Assembly: GCA_951406725.2 (NCBI GenBank)
Contig: OX597815.1
Coordinates: 135,346,001-135,410,000, forward strand
DNA: 64,000 nt
Direction of reading: 5' to 3'
Source of the DNA: Octopus vulgaris
Taxonomy: Eukaryota
In this document: one piece after another, positions 38,496 through 53,202 of the stretch
Layout: every line of letters starts with the position of its first letter
How positions within the stretch are numbered: position 1 is the stretch's first letter
Notes under the pieces: model-generated
What the model saw: the letters and a program-made list of their open reading frames with translations, nothing else
Database searches by the model: none
Told to the model about the DNA's origin: nothing
Translations under genes and position numbers: made by a program

Positions 38496-39479
38496 ACAAA
38501 TATTTCTAACAAATAATTGGAATGCCTTGTGAACCAGTTCATAAAATGCAGGTTATAAGAGTATTAGATAAGGATAGAATGTGGAAAGGGAAAAATGTGG
38601 AAAAGCAAAGAAGGAAGGTATAAGCATGAGGGGAAAAGTAGGGACAATAAGAAAGGAAGCCCCACAAGGCTAGACAGACCTACAGATGACGAGAAAGATA
38701 GACAAATAAGTAATATACTGATACATTGTTATATACAAAAAAAGACAAACACTTATTCAAGCATACAATATAATATATAAGAGAAATATCCCACAGTTCA
38801 GAACTGTTCAGACCAATGAAATGCAAAATTCCTCATTTAAAAAGTAAGTGGAAGTTGATAATGAGAAGAGCATCTAGCTGTAAAAATCTCCTTCAACAAG
38901 TTTTATCAAACCCATTCCAGCATGGAAAATCAGATGCAAATATAATGATGATCACACACACACACACACACACATGTATGCTTTTATATATATGTAGATA
39001 GATAGATAGATAGCATTCACAATGATTATGTCAAGAGGAGACACACTCTTACACATGCACATATATACATGCATACATACATACAAAAGAGAAATGCAGG
39101 TATATCAAATATTGTACAAAATAAATTCTTCATTTATTAAAATTACCTATGCTTTTTGTGGAATGAACCATACAAGATGCTTCTTGCAAGCCTAGTACTA
39201 GAGAAGAAGAAACCTGCCCAAGGTTCTACACAGTGGGACTAAACCTAAAACAATGTGGTTGGGAAGCAGAGCACCTAATGATATAACCATACCTGTATCT
39301 GCATATATCATCATGATCCTTAGCATTCTAACACCCAGTTTTCCATACTCATATGGGTGGGGCAGGATTAGTTGAGGCAGATATACATGAACATGAATAC
39401 ATGCATGTATAAATATGCATACGTACATATGAAAACATACATACAAACACATATACATACATACATACACACATATGTG

Positions 39480-39515
<36 letters not shown>

Positions 39516-39523
39516 TATATGTG

Positions 39524-39602
<79 letters not shown>

Positions 39603-39614
39603 ACATACATATAT

Positions 39615-39967
39615 GGAGGAGTGGCTGTGTGGTAAGTAGCTTGCTTATGAACCACATGGTCCTGGGTTCAGTTCCAGTGCGTGACACCTCGGACAAGTGT
39701 CTTCTACTATAGCCTCAGGCCGACCAAAGCCTTGTGAGTGGATTTGGTGGACGGAAACTGAAAGAAGCCTGTCATATATATATATATATATATGTGTGAG
39801 TGTATATGTCTGTGTGTCAGTGTTTGTCCCCACAACATACCTTGACAACTTATAAAGAATAAGTACTGGGCTTACAAAGAATAAGTCCCAGGGTCGATTT
39901 ACTCGACTAAAGGCGGTGCTCCAGCATGGCCGCAGTGAAATGACTGAAACAAGTAAGAGTAAAAGAG
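39615..39967 (+). mobile_element. Family A SINE, near full length
   Basis: Same head as 3378. Tail ctccagcatggccgcagtgaaatgactgaaacaagtaagag. Confidence 0.9.
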
Positions 39968-40700
39968 ACACGCATCATCATCATCATCATTTAAAACAGA
40001 CGTTAAAGGATGATGACGATGATACGCACACACACACGCATTTATATATATGCGCATACACACAACATGGAAAACTGACATATGACGATGATGATGACAA
40101 TGATGACATTAAATAAAAGCTTTTTGGATATGGCCAAAATCAGCCTTATATTCACATATATATATACACACATATACATATGTACATACACATATACTTA
40201 TAAATATACATATATTTATACATATATGTATAGTTATGTGTGTATGTATATACATGTGTGTGTGTGTGTGTGTGTGTATCAATATTTGTGTCCATGTGTA
40301 TGTGTATCTACACATTTCTGCACACCGTGAATTCTCATATTCAAGGAAATGGAAGGAACAACATTTCATATTCAAACTTGGAACAATATTATCAATCTGG
40401 CTTCAATGAATGTTTTTTGTGTCTACTTCTACACCTCCTCTTATTTCAGTAATCCTGTTCTTATCCTTCAGCTTGCCTCTCAGCACAATTTTTTCCTCCA
40501 CCTCACCCTCACTTATTTCTTCCCCTCTTTTCTTTTCTCTTTCCTCCTCCCTCTCACACCCAGTCTCTCTCTCTCTCTCTCTCATACTGCTTCCTGTCTA
40601 CATATGAAGCTCATGTTGTCTTGCGTTCTTCATGTAATGTGACCAATTTCTCAAACATTGTTGTTTTTCTTTTATTCCCCTCCCGCATCAAAGTTACTAA

Positions 40701-40736
40701 GTTACCCTGAAGAAGGACTGTCTGAAACGTTGAAAG
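40701..40736 (+). ncRNA. Minimal hammerhead-like motif
   Basis: CUGAAGA(A)-GGA cug UCU-GAAAC-GUU at 40707-40731, palindromic AACGUU in place of stem III. Stem I is poor. Confidence 0.4.
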
Positions 40737-40817
40737 TTCCATTCCTCACAGCAAATTCACTTGACTCTTTCTGTTACTTTTAATGTACATACATATATAA
40801 ATGTGTGCATGTGTGCA

Positions 40818-40865
<48 letters not shown>

Positions 40866-40868
40866 TAC

Positions 40869-40984
40869 CTGTAAATGTAATATGTGACAATTATTCGGTA
40901 GCCATGATAAAACTCCGAGTTTCGGATGCCGAGGTGGAAATCCATGCTGCCAACTCTTCAGTTATCTGGCCATCAGAAAAATGC
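40869..40984 (-). other. Candidate exon
   Basis: Strong donor TACAG|gtatgt at 40869 and possible acceptor catttttcatag. CpG-containing unique sequence with no through-reading frame. Confidence 0.25.
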
Positions 40985-41197
40985 TATGAAAAATGACCGT
41001 TATACAAAGGGAAATTACTGTGTGATTGACCATTAAGACAAAAGAGCTATTCGAATGACCGCTAAGTAAGGGGGTAAAAATGTTCATAGTATTTGCGTAA
41101 GCGTGCCTGTTCATCCAACACATGTGCGCCCGCACACCCACGTGCATGCACCTAAAAGTATACTTTCATCCACCATTTGTTGTCTTACCATTTTTAT

Positions 41198-41262
<65 letters not shown>

Positions 41263-44200
41263 CACACATGCATTATACATACACACACAACACATGCCTA
41301 CATACTAGCAGGTTTACAGTTGCTAACTACCACATTCCACTCATAAAATATTAGTCAACCCATAGCTATACTTGAAGTCATTTGCCCGAGGTGTCATGCA
41401 GTGAAATCACACCTAATCTACATGGTTGCAAACAACAACAAAAAAAAGAAGAAAAAACTTTCCTTTAACCAGATGACTATGAGTGCATATGCATATATGA
41501 AAACTAAGTCAGTAACTATATAGACTAACTAGTTTACAACTACAGAGAATATAAGCTGTTAATTAGTGGAATAATTAGGAAATGAGGTTCATTTGATGAC
41601 AAAAGCAAACACGAAGGAAATCCAGATTTAGATTTGGGAAATTTTCCAATAGGTAAGGTTGAGCAGAAGCCACACAAAATGTCCATTTCATCATTTGATA
41701 TGCTTGAATAAATAAGATGCTATACCAACCAACTCATTAACCAAACAACCAAGCAATCACCTAAGCCAAACAAGGAGCTGCTATTTAACCATTTGACCTA
41801 CACAGAGTAGTAACTGAATTTTCCTTAACGTGTTCTATGTAAATATAGCCTTGCTCCAAGGTGCCTTTCTTTAAAACTATTATTACTTAGATCACTTGTT
41901 AAGTAGATGTGATTGAAATATTTCCTTAGATTAATTAATTGCCAATTCATTTGAGGCAACATTCTCCAGAATATCTGATATATTCTCCAAACATCTAAGG
42001 GAAACACACAAAAATAAAATTAAGTGTAACATCCCAAGTGCACCACAAAATACTTACACTAGAAAAGAAATATTCTACCTGGCCATTTCCCTCCTTGCTC
42101 CAAATGAGCCAGTGAAGGAAATGTGTGCATGATTGATGGAGTTGTTATAAATAGTAGCCAAATAAACTTCAAATCACATCCAACTAGTTATAAAAGGTGA
42201 GATAATTTTTGAAACACTGTCTGAAAAAAGAAAGAAAAACGAAAAAAGGAAAAAAAAGGGGGGGGGATAATCAAAAGGTGAATCAAAGCAAACTTGGGCT
42301 AAGTAATAAAGGTTAAAAACTTCTACCAAATTTTCTCTTCAATCTTTAAAATGGGGGTCATGTTCACTTAAGACATTTTAAAATCTTGATTAATGTATTC
42401 TTTTATCAACCAGTTTGGAGTCAAGTTGTGTCAACTGGAAGTTACCAAACAATAATAACCAACCAGAACATTTGAAAGGACTATATCTGGTTTGTATAGA
42501 GGTTGGGGTTAAAACAATAGGGAAATTACAGACTAAAAGCTTTTATACACACATATACATGTAGATGTGTGTGTATGTAATAATGAATAACACATATTAT
42601 AAGAATATATCATGATTGTTGTTGTTCCACTGCAGGTCAAATTAGATTAAGCAAACCTATGATCATATGCATTCCAACCATGACCATCCTATCAATTTAA
42701 AGATATGTAAAACTACATACTCTAATGTCACTTCTATTTAGTTAAGATGTTATAGTGTAATTTAAGAAAAATTTGACTGTTGTTTATAGAAAGTCACATG
42801 CTTATGTTGAGTCCTTCCTACTCAGCAGCCATTCATATGCATGAGTCATATACTGGAGTCAATCCAATTGACTACACATCTCTCTCGCTATAAAATTGTA
42901 GCCTTGTGCCAATGCTAGTAATCAATCCTAAAAAGGCAGTGAAGTGATAAAAAATGGCAGGACACGAGGTTAAATGACTGTCAGCTGAAAGTTCCAGCTC
43001 CCTTTGTCATGAGTTTAAATTTTAACTATATCTCCTTCATTTTGCATCCCTCCTCAGTTGATGAACTGAGTACTGATTATAGTTGTTGTTTAACCTTATG
43101 ATGGCACTGACTGAGCAGGCCTATGATCCAAGTTGTTCCAAGCTTCATTATCAAATGAATCCTTTTTTGCTTAAGACAGTATGATATCATTTGAGTGTAA
43201 CTTGCTAACAAATCAAGTGATTACTTAGAAGCTCCTATTGTACTAGTCATGAATTCAAATATATTATATATCTCTCTTTTAAATATGTAGATTTGTGTTA
43301 ACAAATTCATAGATTTCAGCAGCAAGTTGTACAGATCTTACTACACATAGAACACAGGTTCAGATACAAAGACTGAGTTATTGAAAGTAAAAAGATTTAT
43401 GTCACAGAGACAGCACAATGATGATGACAAGATATGAACCAGCATATAGAAAACTGGTAGTCTGATGCCTTTGTCAACTTGACTAGCTGCAACTCTCAGA
43501 CCTAACGAGAATTTAATATTGATAAATTACATGTAATGATCCTAATTAATCATTATAAAAACTACACCATATTTAAATTATCCAATTGATGACAAAGGCA
43601 CCCTTTCATAACACCTTTTTATACACATATTCCCTCTCTAACCCTGCCACCAACAACTAACTCTACCAACCTTTCTCCTATCCCTATTTGTTGAAACAAG
43701 ACAATGGCTGATTCCTACAAATCTTTTATTTCAACTGCTACCTTTAAAACAGCTTCCAATGAAAAAGCTTTCAAAAAGAAAAGACAAAAATGCAGCTTTG
43801 CAAATCACACATTCTGGAACTCCTGATCCATTTCCTTATTCCACAATTACAGCCTTCCAGAAGCAAGAGTGTTCTTTTTTTAAAAAACCTATCCTACCCA
43901 ACTTTTATACTTGGAGGTTAGAGTAAGAGAAGGGAGTTCTATTCACTGCAAACCGTTTTATATTTGCAAGACCTTCTGGCATTCTTTACAACTACAACCT
44001 CTCTCACCACTAACACCCCAGTTTCAACTCAGAAACAAGAGTAAAATTGCTTCATTCAAACCACCTTAAAGAAAGTGAGTTGGTTCTTATTCTCACCTAA
44101 CGCAACATATTTGGAAAGCTCACAATTCTCTCTCTCTCCTTCTCTCTCTTAAGCCGCAACCTCTCACCAACTGCAAATAAATTCCTTAAAGCAAGACAAG

Positions 44201-45628
44201 AATTGCTTCTGGAAACTCATTCAGTTATTTCTCTGCACTAATACAAAAATCAACAATAAATTTGATTGAAAAAAATTACTAAAATTTGATTTCATATATT
44301 TTCCCTACACTTCCCTTTTAAAAAAAAAATTATTCTGTCTTTTGTGTGTGTGTGTTTACACACAGACACACACACACACACACACACAAGTGTGTGTTTT
44401 GTGCATGAGATTATGGGTATGCAGAATATATACAGGCATGAAAGTATATAAATGTAACTGTATAAGTGCACAATCATGTGTATGCATGTAAGAATGATGT
44501 GTGTGTGTGTGTTTTATGTGTATTAGTAAACATGCTGTGCAGATAGATTTGTGCTTTAAACTATCATTAATACTGATTAGGGAATTAATGTAATAATTTC
44601 TTTTAATTTTTTTTAAACCAAAGCTCCACCCTACTACCACTGCATAAGGTCGGTTGAATGTTTTTTAAGTCAGTGCCACACTATTCAGGGAAAAAAAATG
44701 GAACTTTACAATAAGAATTCCAAACCAAACATTATGAAATACTACCCAACCAAAAAGAAAAAAAAACAATGCTTCTATTCATTGGCACAATGCCACATAC
44801 ATTTGTAAGGAGTGGAGAAGTGTAGTCAACTAAACTGTCCATAGAATACTAATGGTATTTTATTCCATCAACCCTGTATATTTGAAAATAGATGAAAGAG
44901 TTACTGGCTAATGGGTTACATTTAATTTATTCATTTTCACATGCAAAACTATTTATTGTACTTATTTTCAAGGTGAGAAATGCTTCAAAACTCCCTTCAT
45001 TCACTTCAATAAATAAAGTACTTAACAAAAAGCTATTGTGCCAAACCAAAACCTGAGATATAAAGAAATTACATTGATTCCTTCTCAATTTATTGTCTTA
45101 TTTGTCTTAGACAAACAGTTATAGAGTTGCAAGGTATTGCTCTGTGGTTAAGAATTTCACCATCCAGCTATGTGATGCTGGGTTCAGTCCCACTGTATGG
45201 CACTTTCTGCCACTGTACTATAACCACAGGCTGACCAAAGCCGTGTATGTGTCCTGATATTATGGAATAGCCACAAATGAATTTCACTGTCATATAAGTG
45301 GAGTCTTTTATTTCCAGTCTTCTGCAAAAACATGTTCAGCCATATATACATAAATATTTGTGCCTGTAGTGTATAGAAGGGGTAATAATCTCTTCACTAA
45401 TTTTTCCCTCTCTGTCTCTCAATATATTCTTGTTTAATGCTTAATTGCTTAATATTATATAGTGCAGCAGTATCCACTGGAAATTTGTATCATTTTTTAA
45501 TCTTTGAAGAATTATGGATAGAATATCTTCCGTATGCTTTTTCTACAAGTACACCTTTGTAACTCTTATCCTGTAATGAAAAATGTGTAACATGGAATAG
45601 AAAATATACCAAATTTTTCCACTCTTTT

Positions 45629-45674
<46 letters not shown>

Positions 45675-45807
45675 GTGTGTATGTGTGTATACACACATGC
45701 ATATGCATACGTGTGTGTGTGTGTGTATGCAAGTGAGTGGACAAACTAAAGAGGATAGCATTCAAACACATTTGGTTGGATTTAGCATGCATTTGACAAC
45801 AGCTCTG

Positions 45808-45890
45808 CAAGTTTCATAGGTACATAAGATACATCTGCCTTGTCAGAACATCTGATGAGGTGATATTTATCTATGTACTCATGAAACTTG
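45808..45890. repeat. ~40-bp-arm imperfect palindrome
   Basis: caagtttcataggtacataagata...tcaga-aca-tctga...tatctatgtactcatgaaacttg. Confidence 0.8.
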
Positions 45891-45925
45891 AAACAATGTA
45901 GTGTTGAATTAAACTGTTATTTTAT

Positions 45926-46140
45926 GGGCGGCGAGCTGGCAGAAACGTTAGCACGCCGGGCGAAATGCTTCGCAGTATTTCGTCTGTCGTAACGTTCTGA
46001 GTTCAAATTCCACTAAGGTCGACCTTTCGTCCTTTCGGGGTCGATAAAAAAAGTACCAGTTTCGCACTGGGGTCTTAATCCCTTTGTCTGTCCTTGTTTG
46101 TCCCCTCTATGTTTAACCTCTTGTGGGTAGTAAAGAAATA
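45926..46140 (+). mobile_element. Well-preserved SINE, family B
   Basis: ggcggcgagctggcagaaacgttagcacgccgggcg head, gagttcaaattcc B-box-like motif and cctttcggggtcgataaa core. Confidence 0.88.
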
Positions 46141-46279
46141 TATATATATATATATATACATACATACATACATACACACACACATATACACATGCATATA
46201 ATTCTGAAGTATATGTGTAGAGAGTTCTAATACCAAGGTATTAGTATCGTTATGCCTAAGAGAAATATTAAAATATACT

Positions 46280-46547
46280 TGTGGTAAAAGTACCTGTGCA
46301 GTGCCGCATAAAAGCACCCATGTCATGCCATGTAAAAGTGCCTTTGCAGCACCAGGTAAAAGAACCCCTGCAGTGCCACATAAAAGCACCCAGCACACTG
46401 TCAAGTGGTTGACATTAGGAAGGGCATCCAACCATAGAAACCATGTCAAATCAGACTAGAGTCTGGTGCAGATCCCACCCCACCGCTTGCCAGCTCTGGC
46501 CACACCATCCAACCCATACTAGCATGGACATTAAATGATGATGATCA
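46280..46547 (+). mobile_element. RTE-tail repeat with short tandem units
   Basis: Repeated gtgcca(t/c)gtaaaagcaccc units, then cattaggaagggcatccaaccatagaaac and (gat)n. Further copies at 19510-19755, 48590-48900 and 57243-57525 (-). Confidence 0.8.
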
Positions 46548-46686
46548 TAATATATATATATATAGCCAATGGCTTAAATCTGCTTTACACAATATATATA
46601 TATATTTATAGTTTGTTTTTTTACTTAAATCTGCTTTACTCAACATATACACACACATATATAAATATATACACACACACATTTAC

Positions 46687-46719
<33 letters not shown>

Positions 46720-47488
46720 ATCCTAACTCTCCACCTCTGACTACTTTATAAAATAATATTAAATAAATACTTATACACAAAACTTATAAAAAAGAAAAAA
46801 AAACAATTCCTGTAATAAAACCATTAAATCTAAACACACCCAAGTTAATAAGCGATAAGGATCAACTTTAGTAACATGCTACTAACCAAGTAAAGACCAT
46901 ATTTCACATTAATAATCACCATCTTTCTAAGTACTTGCATTAAGTAATTATACTTGTGCTGGGTGTGTGTGTGTGTGTAACTACTGAAACATACTTGCAT
47001 GTGTATGTATCTGTTGGCTCATACATAAACGCAATAATTTTTCACATTCTAATCTGATAAATCAAGTCAATTTCTCGATTTTTTTTTTTTTTTTTTTTTT
47101 TGTGGTCAGAAGTATTCCTGAATGGGCAGTAAAACCTAATGACTTTGTGGGATAGATATGATAGAGACAATTATACCTTTTTTTTTTTTTTAATTGCATT
47201 AGTGAAGTAAACGAAACTGCCTACCAACTGTGTTTCAGTATTCATCATACTTCTAATTATACATACAAAACATTTGCGTATATGTATATACACACAAACA
47301 CATTTCCCCATGGGGTAAAATGATGCATATATATAAAATGCAATCATTTTTACACACACACAAGCACACGTGTACATACATACGTAGATAGACAGATAAA
47401 CAGAGACAGACAGGCAAGCAGACAGGTAAATAGACAGACAGACAGACACATAGACCGGTGGTTCTCAACCATTTTTTACCTACAGACC

Positions 47489-47873
47489 CAGAGCCAGATT
47501 AAGACCCATAGAGGCCCTAAGCACTTAAAAAATTTTGGCACCTATATAAATAAGTAATTCAAAGTATAAACAATTATACACCATAAAATAAATCTTTAAA
47601 GATGGAATATATTGTTTATTTTTGTATACATCCACTTCATTCATATTTGAAAAGTTTTCTCCTATATCATTTTGAATTGAAAAGTTTTTGACCAGATCCT
47701 CATTATGATACTATGAATGCTTCAACTATATTTCCAATCAAATAAACCAGTTTGAATATTATTTTAGCAAGTTTGAAGGGATTTCTTTTGTGCCATGAAT
47801 CCTTTGCCATTTCTTTAGTACCCATACTACCCTTCATGCCCTAAGCATGTGCTTAATGGTTAACCCAGCACTG
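47489..47873. mobile_element. Non-autonomous hAT-like element, inserted just inside another hAT-like end (47455-47488)
   Basis: Degenerate TIRs cagagccagattaa / ttaacccagcactg and subterminal gccctaagca at both ends. Minus-strand remnant EDLVKNFSIQ resembles a hAT C-terminus. The host end gtggttctcaacc is a hAT-type TIR. Confidence 0.5.
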
Positions 47874-50800
47874 TATGGCAAAGGATTCAAATACTGGGGC
47901 TGATATAATCAGTTACTCTTGATTGCAGTCAAGAAGTTTGCTTCTCGACCAGGTTCAGTTCCACTGCATGGCACTTTGGGCAAATGTCTTTCTACTATAG
48001 CCCAGGGTTGGCCAAAGCTTTGTGAGCGGATTTGTTAGAAGGAAAACTGAAAGAAGCTTGTTGTGCATGTGTGTGTTCATGGCTTCTCATCATGATATTG
48101 CATAATAGTTGTAAGCAAGTGAAACCATCACACGAGTGATGTTATTCATTTTCAATCTTCCATGAAAACATGTCCAGTCATAGATAGTCAGGGACAAGTT
48201 AGTGACAGGAAGGGCACCAGGCCATAGAGAATCTACTTCAATGAATTTTGTCTAATTCATGTAAGCATAAAAAAGCAGATGCTAAAAACAATGATGATGG
48301 TGGTGGTGGTCATGATGGTATACAAACTTAGTTAAACATGTATGTTTATATGCTAGAAAGAAAAATGCATAATATAAGTAAATTTCCTAGTTTGATGTAA
48401 AACTCCAAAATTACAGTTACTAATTTTTACTAGTTTTAGGCATTGGAGTACAACCATGTTAGGATACCACCTTAACGAGATTTTAGTCTAACACATCTAC
48501 TTCCTTCAGTCTAGTAAACATTTTATCAATTTCTTTTTATTAAATGATCAAGTTACATTTAGACACACAACACCTGTTTTATACAGGTGAAGATGAAAGC
48601 ATGAAGCAATGACAAATGACCAAGAACTTTGGCAATATGCTGTGCTTGAGAAGAAGACCCACCAATCCAAGAGAAATCATAGTCGTGGCAGATACTGGTG
48701 TCATGCAAACTGACATCTATGCTGGAGGCACATAAAAGCACCCATTATACTCTTGGAGTGGTTGGCGTTAGGAAGGGTATCCAGAAGCCGTGCCGAATCA
48801 GACTAGAGTCTGGTGCAGTCCCTCAGCTTACCAGCCCTGGTAAAACTGTACAACCAATGCCAGCATGGACAACGGGTGCTGAAGGTGATTATGATTATCT
48901 CACCATCTGTCTATCTACACACACACACACATACACACATTTAAAATACATTTAAGTTGATCCAGTGGTTTGTTACTCAAGAATTTCCCTAACATGCAGA
49001 TGATTCCTTCAGGCAGGAAAAAATTATCTTCTTTTCTCCTGTCTGAGGAGGATCCAGTTATATGTTGGGGTAACTCTGGGCTAACAAACAGACTACTGAA
49101 TCAGTTGAAATATATTATGCTCTCCTATGATATTATGTACTTTTTTCTTGTTCATTAATACCAAATTGATATGTAGATATATACAAAAATTACTGTACAT
49201 CAGTGAACTGTACACATAACTGGGTCAGAGTGAGCATTCACCGAGAAGCACATTGCAGAAAATAGAAACAGATGCACAATACACATGCTAAGTAAAAATA
49301 AATAAAATAAATAAAATAAAACTAAAGTAAAAACATTTGCAAATGAGGTTTCATTGTGTATTTAAGCATTAAAAATGAATTACATGTTTTATTTTTTGTT
49401 TTGTTTTGTTTTGTTTTTTTAAAGCAATCAAGAATATTTATCCATCATCTGAGAATGTTACCTGCAGTCAACCGTTATTTTATGCAAGGTAATATTATTT
49501 GATAATCAGTTTAGTACTATAATGAATGTGGAATCATGGTATCTAGTAATGGGGGGGGGGGCGTGTGTGTGTGTGTAATGGCATAGTTAGAAAGAAGAAG
49601 AGGTACCAAAAAGACCTACTCAGGTCTTCTATTTTTGCCGTTCAACCATCCCTGTAACACTGTCAATTTTTGGACAATGGATCATGGATCAGTTAAATAA
49701 GTACAATATATGTACAGATTTGATTCAATTGGTGGTGATACATACATCTTCCAATTTTCAACTTTATACCAATGTGATGAATCATTCAAATTACACACTA
49801 AAGGAGCATCGACATTTTAAAAGCTAAACATTGCAGTATTAGATAAAATGCCTAAATGTACATTGCTACATATCCCTATGCTCTAAGTTCAAATTCAATT
49901 AATATCAAGAAATAAATTCTCCCTTACAACATAAATCTGCCATTTAAATGTTCATTAAACATCAAATATTCATTTTAAAGACCAGTGTGAAGCTCTAGCT
50001 TTATGACATTAAGTAGATTAGAGATGAAGCTTCTTCTGAATAGGATACTGGCCTATTACAGGTAATATTTCTATTTCATAGGCACCCTTATTCCCAGCAA
50101 AAGTGAAATATAGTATTGTAGATTGAAGCGTTCAATCCAAAAAACACACCAAAATACCTACAGTCTATTTGAACTCTTGTCACTTGAGAAATGATCTAAT
50201 ACCTTATCTGCTTGATCATTTTACCTCTATACACCAATTTCCTACTCATGAACACATTTGCCATTCTGCTCTAGGAGTGGTTTATATCAAAAGGAACTCT
50301 GAATCTACCATATAAAATTCAACATTTACAAGGCTTACCTCACAAAACCTCAATTTTGTCATGTGATCTGCTTAAAAGTGAGATTACCTCAAAATCAGAT
50401 TCCTGTAGCTCCAAAAATGAAGGATACTACAGTTAATGTAAGCTTTGATATATTATGTCTGAAAAATAGACAGTTGGAATACTTTTGATCATAGCTCTGC
50501 ACACAATCAGACTTTACCTGCGGTTGATCAATACTAACAATATATTCAATGAGAAATCTTTTGAACATCAGAACTCATAAACAAGCTACATAGTATTATT
50601 TTTTAGACGTGCAATTTGGATCAGTTAATAGAAGAGATGTTGATAAAAAAAAACAAAAACAAGGATATTAAAGAGTTAAATAGTTTTCAATATTCTTGAA
50701 TAATAATCTCAAGCAGATTATAAATAAATTTAGCAATCTCCACAACTAAATTTCTGACTTAAAATAATGCTCTTAAACATCAAAAGCATGGAAATTGTAG

Positions 50801-51139
50801 AAGAGAAAGTAATCAAGAGAAGTGGAAAAAAATCTAGGAAAATGAACAGACAAGAGAGAACATAATTGACAACACCAAATAAAGTTACAAGTCTCTCAAG
50901 ATATATTAGTTATCAAATATCTGCTGTATAAACCTGACTGTAATGTAAACCATAAATTATTAAAAATATGAGTTTGGTGAGACATATTTGACAAAAGAGA
51001 TAAACAAGAACACTAAATGAAAATACATTTGGAAACAGAATACATGTATATACACATAAGAGTAACAACATTACCAAGACTATAATAGATTAAATTTTCT
51101 CAAGACCAGTTAAAAGTGATGGATTCAAAACCTGAAATA

Positions 51140-51425
51140 TTAATTATGAAACATGTAGAATGAAATTTAGTCAAAAAATATGGCTTGTAAAATGACAATC
51201 AAGAAACACCAGTTGTGAAGTGTCAAACATGAATTATTAATTTTAAAGTGTTAGACAAGAAGTGAAAAGTTCAAAGCACCAAAGTGCAAGGTGCCAATTT
51301 GTGACATGTCAACTGCAAAGTGTGAATCACCAAGTGTCAACTGAGAAGTCTCAACAGAAGTGTTATGAAGAAAGCATCACATGTGAAGTCAATTGTAAAA
51401 TGTTGATTATGAAATGCTGTCAAAT
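51140..51425 (+). repeat. Ancient ~14-bp-period minisatellite (approximate consensus aactgtgaagtgtc)
   Basis: Units include agttgtgaagtgtc, aattttaaagtgtt, aactgcaaagtgtg, aatcaccaagtgtc and aactgagaagtctc. Confidence 0.6.
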
Positions 51426-51693
51426 ATCAGAGCCTTTATTCAAAAATATAATCTTAAACTCTAGTTCATTGTTGTGACATGCACTTTACATTGTGCATTT
51501 TGTATTTGCATTTAATGTCTGAATTTATGCAGTACAAACTTTGTGACTGTGACTGGACATTATTTAGTATGACATTATACTCTACTTTGGATCTATTGTA
51601 GATTTTTCAAGATCTTAACTGTTATATCTGTCAAAGGCAGTGGTAAGGTATTGTATAATTTATGGTGAAAATATCCTGAGGAAATGAACTTAC

Positions 51694-51761
51694 TACTGAC
51701 GTTAGTATGTGCAACTCTAGCCAGAGGAAATATAATCACAGCAGTGCATCCACAGTGAACA
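51694..51761 (-). other. Candidate 68-nt exon
   Basis: tctattttag|TGTTCAC...GTCAGTA|gtaagt. One open frame, VHCGCTAVIIFPLARVAHTNVS. Confidence 0.25.
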
Positions 51762-52555
51762 CTAAAATAGATCAAACTGAGTAGGATAATTTTGTTTTAA
51801 TATTTGATGTTACTTTACTATGGATCTTAGTGACCCCTCACATTCTTCTTCCCAGCTCATTTTACCATACTAGTGAAAAGCATGCTGCAGTTCACTATTG
51901 TCTGACCACTAATTCAGCTTCTATCCCCCAATGACTACTACATTACAGATTAGAAGTATTTCTTATTTCCAAGAATTAAATGGACATTGCTACTCCAGTT
52001 ACTGCCCATACAATACACTCTCCCTGTCACATATATCATGCTTCTTCTGCTAATAGTCTTTATTAAGTAGGGTGTTACAATATCCAGAGCACTTGACACT
52101 GATGTTACTATGATGTCTCAAAAGTGTTAGACTATCTGTTGCTATCTGTTACATATTAGACTGCAAATGGTTTGGATCTTTACACATCATATATGTGATT
52201 GCATGCATGTGTGTGTGTCTCTGTCTCTTTACACACACACACACACAATGTGTGCAGATGAGGGCAGCTGCATCAAACTCTCTCATGCACCAAGTGTCAA
52301 TTGCTAAAAAGCATTCGTGAAGTAAAATCATGTAGCAAAACCAAATGGTGGTGCCCCAGCATGGCCACAGCTCATGAGCTGAAACTATTTGAAATAAAAA
52401 AAAATAAATAATAATCATCATCATCTAATGCCTATGTTTCCATGCTGGCAAGGGCCAAATGGAATTTGTCGAGGTAGATTTTCTAAGGCCAGATGCCCTT
52501 CCTCTTGCCAACCTTCACCTGCTTACAAGTTAGGTCATATTTTCCCAGAAGCAAG

Positions 52556-52586
<31 letters not shown>

Positions 52587-53162
52587 CATACATCTGCATG
52601 TGTATACATATATATTTCTCACTCATCCTTTCTCTAATTCTTTTTATCTTCTTCACTGTTTTCTCTCTCTCTCCCTCCTTTACTCTTTCTCGTTGCTCAC
52701 ATATGACCATCGTCCATCTTTCTTTTCCTCACTTGATCATCTTTCTTTTCCTTCAGTCAGTCACACAGACTAGATGCATTCTAGTCTTCTCCCCTATCTT
52801 TTCTCTTGTCAAAAAATATTTCTCCAGCATTCCCTGCCTTACCTCATCTGGCCTCCATGTTTGTTTTCGTTTGGTTTGTTGTGTCTCCACTGTCCAGTTT
52901 TAGTTACCAACTTTGACCCTCTTTAATCCCAAATTTTATTTTGGTTTGTGGGAGCAACTGTTTTTCAAAGCCTCATATTGTCGTTAAATGTTCGGAATGT
53001 GGAGTGGATGAACAGCCAACAACTCTTGAAGGATTGTTCTTTATGTTATTTGTCTTGTTTTCCATTTGTCTCTCTCGCTGATCGCATACCCAAGTTTGCC
53101 TTTGTATTTCATGTTTTCATAATTCATGTTGCTTATGTTTTGTGACATCCCGTACCCATATA

Positions 53163-53202
<40 letters not shown>

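Noticed and set aside
37420-38499. Longest ORFs (359 aa and 225 aa; LPSF or RKEG repeats)
   Set aside because: They are translations of the (GAAG)n microsatellite and purine-rich tracts, with no coding signal.
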